A DNA stretch of 33,000 bases from Botryllus schlosseri (taxonomy: Eukaryota): the NCBI GenBank assembly GCA_051294905.1, contig CM119371.1, positions 27,528,001 through 27,561,000 on the forward strand. Direction: 5' to 3'. The translations under genes and the position numbers were made by a program. Positions within the stretch are counted from its first letter, which is position 1. Every line of letters starts with the position of its first letter. Positions 1-10,634 of the stretch are shown here, piece after piece. Below the pieces are notes generated by a model that ran no database searches, had not been told where the DNA came from, and saw nothing but the letters and a program-made list of their open reading frames with translations.

Positions 1-718
1 CACAACACATACGCAGGGCAAACACCAGATTACGACTGAAGGAGCATACATGCCAACTTATATCATCGTTAACGCTACCGTTTGAGTGGTTTATAACTTT
101 ATTCAACTAGCCAATCATAGTATTTTGGTAAAAGTCCATTATTCGCGAATGAAGATGTTGCTACTAGCTAGAATAAAATCCTTACGATACGTTATACATG
201 GTGATAAATGTAATAAACTATATGTGCAAATTCTTGATAATTAAGTATTCAATTGAAGAGAAAGAGCATATGGTAACATTTTGGAACCAGTTCACCAGTC
301 CGGCCCGCGAGCGATTTGATGGTTTGAATCCAGCCTGCGATGCAATTTGAGTTAGACACACCTGCCCTACGTAACTGCCCATTCCCACTATTGATTTCTG
401 TAGCAGGCTTACATTATATGCATGCAGTATAGCAGGGGTTGTCAATTATTCTCCTCCGCCGGGAAAATGAGAAGTAGAAAATACGTTGGCGGGCCGTATG
501 AAAAATTTGACCTTACTTCTCCACCGTATTTTAATTTTATTTCTAAATTAAATTGATAATAAAAGCTGGTTAGCGAATGCGTTGATCTTAGGTAATGGGA
601 AAGTGGTGATTAATTAACAATATATATATTTGCCGTCATGATTCGAAACAATGTTAAACATGAAGCATTTTTACTCTCTTTAAACCACAATCAACGTCCT
701 TCTATTAAGACACTATAA

Positions 719-775
719 CAGTGGTTTTCAAACTTTCTTTAGGCACGCCTCCTTGTGATAGTGAATGGTGTTACG
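719..775 (+). mobile_element. Truncated end of CAGTGGTTCTCAA-type hAT MITE
   Basis: cagtggttttcaaactttctttaggcacgcctccttgtgatagtgaa matches the reverse complement of the 3' end of the nested MITE at 1336-1599; no partner end or TSD found. Confidence 0.5.
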
Positions 776-1156
776 CTCAATGTACCGCAATGTCCCAACT
801 GAAGCAAGACAGCGTGGGGATTGGATAATTCTTATATCAAGAAGCACATGATGAAACATGGTGATGTAGACACTATTGCTAGAATGAAGCAGCACGGTTA
901 GTCACCAGCAGGGTACGCACAGCTTCAGTGTTGTCAGCAAACAACTTTTGCCGTTGAACGTTGTTTTTCATTCTTGGCAAGCTACTTAGTAAGACAGACA
1001 CTTTCTATACCAGAGAATGTAGGAAAGTATCTTACGTTGTACTACAAAAATCGCATAAAATGGGGTTTTCGTTTCTCGGCACGACTACTTCTCGGTCCAT
1101 TTTCCCATAGAAGTTTAAACTCGAGTGGCTTCTCGGATTTGCGAATCACTGTAAGC

Positions 1157-2293
1157 CAGGGGTGGGCAAACTACGGCCCGCGGGCCGCATGCGGCCCGTA
1201 ACACCGTTCTGTGCGGCCCGCGAGAGTCAAAAGAAACTTTTTTCAAATATTGATAAAATACGTACTGAAAATCGAAATCATGCAGGGACTTGATTAAACT
1301 TTTCCTTAGTATATTTCACCATGATAATCCTAAGACAGTGGTTCTCAAACTGGGGGGGGCGTGGAAGCATCTGAAGGGGGGCACGTAGCTGAGCTAAACT
1401 GAAAAAAATTTTCGCGCTTCGCGCGATTTACATCCGATTCATTATTCTTGCTCCGTATTTAGCCGGGATTTCATATTTCAAAATATCTCATCCACAGTCG
1501 TAACCTTCCATGTCATTAAACTATCCGTTAGGTCTGCTAGCACAAAATCTTTCACAATCATAAGGGGGGAGGCGTGTCTTTAAAAATTGAGAACCACTGT
1601 TCTAAGGTAAATACTCCCTATATTCGTTTTTATGTTTAATTTCTGGCGCGACATCCCGATCTCAAGGCTCACGCAGTTTGAAAGGTTTCAACTGCTAAAT
1701 ATCACAGAAATCCTAAACGAGATTGACATAATTCGGATCACGAGTGTGATTTTAGATTGGCCACTCCAGTTTAATTATTTCAGTGATGTGCTTATAAAAA
1801 CGATTCGCGCGTGTTTTAGGTAGATTCGTTCTCTGTATGCGTAGAATTGGGGTAATAATATATTATATCTACACATAGTACAAGCGTTTTTGAAGCTAAC
1901 ATGGTTATGATGCTGACAGCATCGTGGGTCATGGAACTGAACCCAAACTGGAATTATTAAATCTATGAACAGATCGCTGCTCACAGATTTAAATTTCAAT
2001 CCTGTTCTAAAAATCGAGACAACCGACTTTCATCCCTATAGTTTTGACTAATTGGTTATTGAGGTCGACCAGCCTATGAAATCTCGCCACTGTGTTTCTG
2101 ACGGGTGTACGATATCATCAACGCAATGTTTGGTTTGTTTTCAATAAGCACATATATTATCTCTATGTCCTCACTATGTAATCAAATACCAATATTGCGT
2201 TTTGGTTTATAATCCAAATTTTATATAGTGCGGCCCGCGAATGGATTCAGATGTTGAATGCGGCCCCCGAGCTCAAAAGTTTGCCCACCCCTG
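1157..2293 (+). mobile_element. Composite non-autonomous hAT element (MITE), 1137 bp
   Basis: TIRs caggggtgggcaaact / agtttgcccacccctg; exact 8-bp TSD ctgtaagc (1149-1156, 2294-2301); subterminal ggcccgcg motifs; second copy inverted at 25294-26423. Confidence 0.92.
1336..1599 (+). mobile_element. hAT MITE nested in the 1157-2293 element
   Basis: TIRs cagtggttctcaa / ttgagaaccactg; imperfect TSD tcctaaga / ttctaagg; related to 15956-16272. Confidence 0.85.
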
Positions 2294-2396
2294 CTGTAAG
2301 CTATACTAGTTCCTAATTGTGACTTGAGTAAAACCAGAACTCGGCTTCCAGGTAGCTAATGTAGCCTATGGGCATGATCGCACTTGCTGTATTGTA

Positions 2397-2766
2397 CAGC
2401 ATTACCATACGTCCTATGAGATTTTTGAAAATGCCCTCCAAAGACGCCTAAATGTCGGCAATTATACTGCTCCACAGCTTTTAGAGCTAAGATGAATAAA
2501 TACGAGCAAAAATGAGCATAAATAACGCTAAATAGGGAATTCATGGTACGAACGTAAGCGACGACCTTTCTTCCTTTTTTGACCAACGTAAAATGTTAAA
2601 AATACTGTATTTCGAGAGCTGAACCGGAACGTTGACCTTCTTTGATTTCTAGTCAACCAACCACATATTTCACAAATTTACCATTTTCTCCGGATCTTAC
2701 TCCAGTATTGCAAGTCTTAAAATTTCAAAATGTCCTCCTTTCCCAATTCCAAAATATGGTAACCAT
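2397..2766 (+). mobile_element. Degenerate hAT-type MITE related to 5022-5317
   Basis: Ends attaccata ... tatggtaac; shares internal blocks (gacgcctaaatgtc; atttcg[a/g]gagctga[a/g]ccggaa) with 5022-5317; no clean TSD. Confidence 0.5.
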
Positions 2767-3166
2767 CGTCTTGGGATTCATTTGACGTGAGTTTCTCTTC
2801 CTACAAGTTTCGACACTTGAGGACGTGCTGGATAACACCAGCACATTCGATCTACTCAGGATTACTTTGCGGGCCGTATGACACTCCTGGACTAACCGAT
2901 TCCAGACACTAACACGACTCGAGACTTGCGTTGACCGTAATGTTGTATTTGATAAAATATACCCGGTTTAAAAGCTCGTGATATTCGATATGCGCGCACT
3001 TATTTTCTTCAACACAAAAACGCATAAAAACTTTTCCATGAATCATTTCACAGACATAAAATCTGCATAAATAACTTTGTGGAGTAAAGCAAATCAATCA
3101 TTTTACAGACATAAAATCGCCGCACATAACTTTCTGGGTAAAACGAACCATTCCTTTCATAAAGAT

Positions 3167-3402
3167 TCACTGATGGTCGCGCTTCCGACAGCAAGCTACC
3201 ACCAACCGAAACGATCCTGCGAGGCAAGCTTCAGACAAAGCAAAAATGAGGCACGCCACAAGCTTCAGATTCGTCCTCATTACGTGCCAAGTTTCAGCTG
3301 GTAAATGGTCGAATTCAAGCGTTGACAGAAACAAGCCGAAACCACCAACTAAGATGCCCAAAATATTTCCCGCCACAAGTGCGGCGATCCGTCCTTTGGG
3401 TC
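3167..3402 (-). CDS. Exon 3 (last) of predicted 162-aa two-TM protein
   Basis: Acceptor cacttgcag|GA at 3403/3402, phase matches exon 2; 236 bp ending in TGA; encodes PKGRIAALVAGNILGILVGGFGLFLSTL...NLKLVACLIFALSEACLAGSFRLVVACCRKRDHQ* with two hydrophobic stretches. Confidence 0.75.
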
Positions 3403-3574
3403 CTGCAAGTGTATACGGTAGCCTAGTATCATTCAACACTTGACATTTACCACATAATCGCCTTAAATCAAGTGTGGTCAGTATACAGAGATACTTTTAC
3501 GTTTTCCGATTACGCAAATACGTTTTGTCTGCTCCTTATTAGGCCAACTAGTTCCACTTCCATCTAAAACAGTT

Positions 3575-4275
3575 TTTAGGCGAAAAGTACCTACTCGATG
3601 CAGTGAGGATTTCATGAACAAGAAACTGTGAGGAAGTCTAGCAGTGTATAGGTAAAACTACCCACTTGATGGAATGTGGATTTCGTGATTCAGAAACTGA
3701 GGTCGTCAATATTTCCCAGGTTTTACCAATACATGCACTAGTTCCTCAAACGGTATTGATTTTAACTACCTCTTACCCCAGTCATCAGGTTTTCAGGCGA
3801 AACCAATATTTTTGTACTTTGAAATCACCGCTTGTACGTGTACCCTACTTGAGTAGCAGCATTCTGCGCCGTTACTCTTTTATATTATTTCGAGTACAAA
3901 CAGTACAGAAGTAGCAGTGTTCAAGGCGCGTCAAAACTACTCAAAGTGGAAGAATAAAATGAATGGCCTGAAAGCATCTAATGAGTTAGTCCTAATTGTT
4001 TTTATTCGTTCGCACAGTCGCATACGTGTAATAGTTGAGCGGAGGCATTGAATTGGCTTGACACGGTGTCTGTTACACGCGATTCCTATGACCATTACAC
4101 TCGCAAAACTGATGTAAGGTTATTTTATAACTACTTCCTACCTATCAACACTAAAGTGGTAAACCGAAAGTTGAACTTGCCTAAAAACTATTAAGGTAGT
4201 AAAGTAAAATCAGATGTTGTCCCAAAACAAAACCTCGAAATTAGTACAAGAAGGTGTAACCTACTGAAGTATACT
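3575..4275. repeat. AAGTA/TACTT-rich repeat, probable MITE remnant, in intron 2
   Basis: Dense aagta, tactt, tactc and ttgagtag motifs; similar tracts at about 16600-16704, 24510-24660 and 30850-31080; boundaries approximate. Confidence 0.35.
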
Positions 4276-4386
4276 CCTTCGTGACCGACTTACCACAACT
4301 GCAACTGCATTCACAACTGCAATCACTCATTCGGATACTTGGTGCATTTTGTTTGAACGCCATACAAACATTAAGCAATGCCTTAC

Positions 4387-4508
4387 CGCATCTCATAGGC
4401 ACCCCAGTGCTGTCCAGTAGTTCAGAAATAGAATCTGTCGAGGAATCCAGAGCCTCGATGTCGTAGGTCTTCGGGCTGTCACAACCCCGTACGTCACCGC
4501 TTGCTGTG
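4387..4508 (-). CDS. Exon 2 of predicted two-TM protein
   Basis: Acceptor ttttcgcag|C and donor G|gtaagg; 122 bp open in the frame set by exon 1: TASGDVRGCDSPKTYDIEALDSSTDSISELLDSTGVPMRC. Confidence 0.75.
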
Positions 4509-4571
4509 CTGCGAAAATTAGTTACCTATTACTGTCTTCAGTTGTCTATACCCTTCTACAGAATACCGTAC

Positions 4572-4702
4572 CTTGCATCATCAACTGGAATTATCGGATT
4601 GTCATCGATTGGGACAGGTTCAGTAAGACGAGACGAGTCACGCTCCATCGGGTTTTCCAGTTCGTCATCTTGAAGGCGTTCATGAATTGAATTGATATTC
4701 AT
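4572..4702 (-). CDS. Exon 1 (coding part) of predicted two-TM protein
   Basis: ATG at 4702 with an in-frame TGA upstream (4733-4735); 131 bp encoding MNINSIHERLQDDELENPMERDSSRLTEPVPIDDNPIIPVDDA; donor AG|gtacgg; 63-bp intron 4509-4571. Confidence 0.7.
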
Positions 4703-5021
4703 TATGCCGCATCGTGATGGTTGGTAAAATAGTCAGCATTGATGCTCGATTAGTAGAAGTGATGGCACACAATACAAGAAAAAGTAAGGAACCCAATCCA
4801 TGCTAACGCTTACTCTTGCTGTAGTAGCGTAAATTAAAGGGAATGAAAAGTACCCACTTATATAGTTATTGAAAGCGTCATGTTCGTGCACTCGCGTACG
4901 TTCAGTAGCAAATGTGAAGGGTGCCATTTCCGAAATACAATACTAGGTTGTTCGCAAGAACGCGAAATTCCTGCCGGCACTGCATTATGAGTTTAATATT
5001 CGAAAGTATATTCCGCTACCA

Positions 5022-5317
5022 TAGGGTTAACATATGTCCTACTATTAGGGGATTTGTCGTCCTTTTTCAGGTTTTTGAACATATGTTCCGAGGACGCCTA
5101 AATGTCTTCCTTTGAGATTTTGTCCTCTTTTTGGAAGATTTTTGTTAAATGTGGGGCAAATTAGACTGAGATACAGTAAATCAGCACTGAAGTAACGCTC
5201 CGGTGGCTATTTCGGGAGCTGAGCCGGAAAGTTAACCTTTTTTAGTCAACTGATAGAGAAAAACTGTATTTTGGGCACTGAGCGAGAGAGTTGGCATTTT
5301 TAATAGGAATAACCCTA
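5022..5317 (+). mobile_element. hAT MITE, 296 bp
   Basis: TIRs tagggtta / taacccta; TSD cgctacca / cgttacca (7/8). Confidence 0.75.
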
Positions 5318-6414
5318 CGTTACCATGATGCGGGAGTCATTCCGTTTGTGTATTACGATAGTTTCACTCACAAAGGTGATACAAACCGATGCAAAGACTA
5401 CTTTGTACCTTACAAAAAGCTCGAGTTTGCAATGGAATTAGTTGTTCATTTAAAACTGTTATAGTACAAGTGTGGGTATTCTGAGCCGTAACCAATTGCG
5501 CTAGTGATGAAAGTAGGCATAAGCATCTTGACTACTCCGAAAAATTTGTTATTACTTCGTTACTGACGACCTCTCATCCTAGGCATAATATGCTATTCGG
5601 TATTTCATATACACGTCATACATTCGATTCCCATGAATGTTTTCGAAGTATATTTGAACCTATATACGTGACCGCATTCAAAAAGCCCATATCTCCGCAC
5701 GTATTGCGCAGGGAATAAAATCATACATATGCATGAATTTCATGCTTACTAGCGTATTATATAGCCTCGTTCCACCCATTGCTTTGGTCGCGATGGATTT
5801 TGGTTTCAGAAACCACCGATAGTCTGACTTACACTCTAACGCTATACCTATATACGGTAGAAATCTGGTAAATACCGCCGTTGCATTCACAGCGGATATT
5901 CGACATGGGCAACTTACGAAGCAACTGTGTTTGAGTTCGTACGCAAGCAAAAGAGGACCAGTCGATACACTTACCTCTGCTGGTGATGAAGCTGGTAGTC
6001 GCCCGAGTCGCTATAGTTCTACATTCGTTGCGTGCCCCTATCTCAACAAGCGGCACGATCTCGTCCTCGACATTAACCACGCTCCGAGACATCACAACAC
6101 GCCGACTCAAAAGGCAGCACGACCCAAAGCTGACAAATCAAATGAGTATCAGCAAATATCTTACGATCGTCTCGCTCTGAGCGTTGTGATGTGAAATACT
6201 TAGATCGAATACCTATACTGACGGGGTAAATGCATCCGCACAGGTATTGTTGCTCTGATTACTATAATCTCGGGCAATGATTAGGTTGTTAATGTAGACC
6301 TGATTGCTCTTAACAGCTGGGACGTTTATCTATGTATCTTCTGCAGACTGTGTGTGTTACCAATCTACATAGCGTCATGCGAAACAGTGAAAAGTGAAAC
6401 AGGGTAAAATCTAC

Positions 6415-6509
6415 CTTGCTGTAAGCACGACCGACTGCAGCAGTGGCTCTCGGAATTCCTGACCTCCGAAACTGTAGGATACTTTCTGGTACCCTAGCAC
6501 TTCGTATCC
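6415..6509 (-). other. Candidate isolated exon, product unknown
   Basis: Pyrimidine-rich acceptor (cctaattgttgcactcag|) and donor AAG|gtagat; 95 bp open as GYEVLGYQKVSYSFGGQEFREPLLQSVVLTA; could not be joined into a full model. Confidence 0.25.
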
Positions 6510-6919
6510 CTGAGTGCAACAATTAGGAAGACAATGACTATAAAAGATCATCAACTTCAACATTCGTGTTATCAGTTCAGCCCCAGATTATGATAGCGTT
6601 GAGTAAAAAAAGTTATCATTTTATGCCATGACTCAATACCATTGCCTCACCGCCGGTAGTCACCTTTTCACATCACCGCAGTGGGATTTGGCATAGTGGT
6701 AAATCCGAATTCAAGACTTGGTTTGCGGCAGTAGCGTGTTCAATATAGTGTAAAAGTGTCGTAGGTTCACTGTATATCGCTGTTCTTGCCGTGTCTTTAC
6801 AAGAAAAACACCAATTAATGACGAACACAAGGCAGGCGAATGAAAAAGTGGCCAAAATACTACCGAATATATCAAGAGGGAGACTGCTACGTCGGGCATT
6901 ACACCTGGGGGGATGTTAA

Positions 6920-7933
6920 TTGGGTTGCCGTATTTTTGAGGCTCTAATTCCGGACACTCTTTAGTGCCTACTAGCGGGTTTTACAATGAAGTTTGAACAG
7001 TGAACACATTGTCTGTCAATAAGTCATCATACGAGCAAAGCTTTGCCTATCGAATGTATACAATAGGGGATTGGAAGGTTTGTCTTTAATGAAGCTCTGG
7101 TGATTGCTATGGTCTGCAACAGATTTTTTCACGGGTGGATGTCATCGTTTGGTAGATCCTTCGGTGGACCGCCAGTCGCGTGCTTGACAGCTCTGTTATA
7201 CTGTTAGGTCGGTGCGGTAATTTGCTTTTGTGTTGGAACCAAGTCCGAGACGACATTTATTTTCAGCCCCCGTCCACCCGAAAAAAACACTGTTCTTGGG
7301 CCCACCGTAGGGTAATTAATGCGACTTCTTGGGGGCTTACTATATGCGTCTGGGTGTTGCATTTCGTGAATGAATTCTGCTATTAATATTGGTTACCATA
7401 TATTACTATAAAACGCATGAGAAGGATGTATCTCCGTTGGCTTCCAACCTTTTATGGTCGCGACCGCATTTCTAATTTGAATACGTTCCCAGACCAGCTC
7501 GAAAATTAAATTGATAAGCTGATTATTAAAAGATTTCAGCTTGCCCACACTTACTCACGGCCTATTTACGATCCACATAAAAAAAAGGGCAAACGACGCC
7601 CAGGTTAAGAATCACTGTTTTCGATTAAAGCACCCAAACGGCCATTGCGATTACAATCAGAGTTATTTCAGTAAATGATTTTTTTCTTTTTTATTGCATT
7701 TTTGCAAGGGTGGTAGTCCCCATAATAAAATAAATATATGCTACACTAAATGCCGCGCAGCGCGAAGAAGAGCTTCAAGTAGCATGAATCTGCTTTAATA
7801 TGATATTGTCAGTGTTGATTTACGGAAAATTTTGAGCGTACTTGAAGCCTTCAAAATTCCGGACATTTAGACAAATTTTAGAATTTCCTCCTGGACGCAA
7901 TTTTAATGAAATTCCGGACGCATAGTAACCCTA
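6920..7933. mobile_element. Degenerate hAT-type element or two separate element ends
   Basis: ttgggttgcc... and ...atagtaacccta termini with ccggac subterminal motifs at both ends; flanks tgttaatt / tgttagct only partly match. Confidence 0.4.
7434..7617 (+). mobile_element. Degenerate CAGTGGTT-type MITE
   Basis: ccgttggcttccaacc ... ggttaagaatcactg resemble cagtggttcccaacc / ggttgggaaccactg; no TSD. Confidence 0.4.
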
Positions 7934-8487
7934 TGTTAGCTTATTATACCTTTCTTGGTCATTGCAGCATCTTCCTGTCTGCTCATTGCATTCCATTGTG
8001 TCTTTATATCACATTGTAGGCCAACAGTGTAGTCTTGAGTGGATAAAAATAGTAGAATCGCCGATCATACCGAATATATTATTTATGAACATTCCAAATG
8101 CTAACTCAGAATTTAGATGCTTAGTTATACGTCGACAGCAATCCTATTTGTCTAATTTTCTTGACGCATCCTTGAGCAGTTCAAACGGCTCATCAGGATA
8201 ACCCCACTAGTCTACAGCCTGGTCTACAGCCTGACTATTTAGTAAGTCATAACTCGGGCAAGTATTTGCTGCTCTACATCGCGGGAAAGTTGCACTTAAT
8301 TTTAACAACAGTTGCCATAAAGTATTGCATTTATGCACAAGTTAGGGTATGCGATATTTGAAAGATTCCGTTGTTCAACCAAACAACTCCAATACTATAA
8401 TAATACTGCACCCTAAAAAGATATCTGGTGCATTTTAATTAGGTTAAGATTCCAAGTTCAAAATATTACTTGGAGTGAAAATGAATA

Positions 8488-8540
8488 GCGGGCCGCACAA
8501 AAATTTTAGGCGGGCCGCAGGCTTAACATTCCCGCCCTAG
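8488..8540 (-). mobile_element. hAT MITE end remnant predating the duplication
   Basis: gcgggccgc...gcgggccgcagg...cccgccctag; same remnant at 17137-17189. Confidence 0.4.
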
Positions 8541-9540
8541 ACTGTAAATTTACAGATATTAAGTGATGACATTAAGATGCTGCTAATCAATCACATAACT
8601 CTTTTGATGCAAATTAAATGGAATAGAACCGCATTAACAACAGCTTTATAGTATGTTTATGTAAATTTCTACGTTATGTTTCGAGCAATACTTTCTAAAA
8701 GTTGCGGTATAACTTGCATGAAAAATAGGAACATGTTGTGAAAAAATGCAATATAAAATTCCTACAAACATACTAAAACATCGTACTACAGGAATTTTGA
8801 AGATTTAGAAAGCTGCACGAAGCTGTAAAAAACGTTGCAAAGTTGCAAAAACTTGCCCTAATCATAACAAACTGACACGTGCAACTTTCGCTTGGTGGCG
8901 ATATCTGCACATCACTCTAGCTCACGTTGTTAGACAAAGGCATACCTCCAGCACGCCTCTACCTACTTACAGTCTGCACGAAACCCTGCTGACTACGTTC
9001 CGCAAGGCAGCATGTCCCGATGATCCAATCTAAGTACGTCTCAACAAACGCGAGGTAGTGTAGACGAAGTATTCACCTTCATTCAATTAGGATTTAGTGC
9101 AACAAATAATCTTGTGGATCCAGGAATAGAATCAATGTCGTACAATCTTATTCGAGGTAACGCAGCAACATATTTCCTAAACAAGCCGAAAGTAGCCTAC
9201 TTCACTGGATATTACCGAGGTACTTGAGTAAGTGGCTTCGAGAGGAAGAACGAACACTATAGTAACTTTTATTCATTGTAAGCCGATAATAACTTACCAA
9301 TTCAAAGAATATGTACACAAATACCAAATACGTGATGAGTTGGAGAAAAAATAAACCTGATTGACAGTCTGGAAAATATAGGTGAAAAAGTAAACATACA
9401 GAATGATAACAATTAAAAGTAGTGTAAATTGTTGTCGTAGTAGATTTTCATGTTGGCACTTTCAACTCTCCGCGCATCACTGCATATGACAATGTACGGC
9501 GTACGCGGATGTATTTGACTTCGGCAAAATGGGTCTAACC

Positions 9541-10634
9541 CAGGGGTGGGCAACATACGGCCCGCGGGCCGGATCCGGCCCGCGGACAGTTTCCCGTCTT
9601 ACATGATAATGTGGCCCGCAGCGCCACTCCGCCGAGATACCCCACTACTTGCGTAAGCGTCAAATTATAGTGACTGTATGTTATTATATACTTGTGTACG
9701 CACCGTGCGAGAGTAGAGCTCACGCGTAAGTTTATCGAAGCGAGAAGACTTGCAGTATCGGCATTTACCATGTACTCAACCCTAATGAATTGATATCTCG
9801 GTAAATTGTGGGTACCGGGCTTATAGAACGCATTGAAATCTTATTTAAGGATTGCACCTTGTGTTAATTAATTAGAGAGAAACAGACGGCGCCTGCATAA
9901 CAATGCTGTTCTCAAATCTACATTGTCTTCGTCATTATCGGCGATATACGGCTTTGCAGTGACTAGGGCTGGGCACAATGATTCGAGTACTCGAATCTGA
10001 ATCGAGTATTAATTTTATTGATTCGAGTCGAGTAGTAAAAGACGATATTTTCGAGTACTGAAATTGCAAGCTCCTCGCTACTGAAAGTTAATTTATCAAC
10101 GAGAATTATAGTTTTGATGCTAGTTTCCAATGTGGAAGGCTTAAAACGCTAATTGGCTGCATTGAAGCATACGAAACATAGTACAAAACTACAAAGCTTA
10201 CGTTAAATATCACATTTTCGAAGTCATAATCATCCCATAACCTTGTCACGAAGTGCAATGAAATCGGTATGGTCGAAAAAATATCAAAGCATCTTTGATG
10301 TGATGGATAACAGGCATTATATGCTTTGCTGTGGCATATAAGGTACATATTTGAACTTTGACATATTACATTCTGTTATGACGTCATAATGTGTGATACT
10401 CGAATACTCGACTCGACTCGGAGCATTACACGTGATTCAGAATCGAATCACTCAGGTACTCGACTTTGCCCAGCCCTAGCAGTGACATTGCTCTCGGTAA
10501 AATACATTAAGTACGATTTATTCCTTGTATATGTAGATATATGGGCGAATAATGCATCGATTCAGCAATCCGGCCCGCCAAGTACTTAATTTTCCTATAT
10601 CCGGCCCGCCGACTGTAGAAGTTGCCCGCCCCTG
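9541..10634 (+). mobile_element. hAT MITE, 1094 bp, only in unit 1
   Basis: TIRs caggggtgggcaac / gttgcccgcccctg; exact TSD gtctaacc (9533-9540, 10635-10642); empty site with a single gtctaacc at 18551-18558. Confidence 0.95.
9964..10478 (+). mobile_element. hAT MITE, 515 bp, nested in 9541-10634
   Basis: TIRs tagggctgggca / tgcccagcccta; exact TSD gcagtgac (9956-9963, 10479-10486); subterminal tactcga/tcgagta repeats. Confidence 0.93.

Noticed and set aside
433-2889. Large element bounded by caggggttgtcaa (433) and tgacactcctg (2889)
   Set aside because: Flanks cagtatag and gactaacc do not form a TSD; probably independent MITE fragments.
8070-9400. Minus-strand spliced gene with death-domain-like fragments (also 16740-18420)
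   Set aside because: Splice-like sites chained for only two or three short exons and then failed. The plus strand of the same DNA gives a better FN3-like motif (HCKPIITYQF) continuous with the rest of the array.
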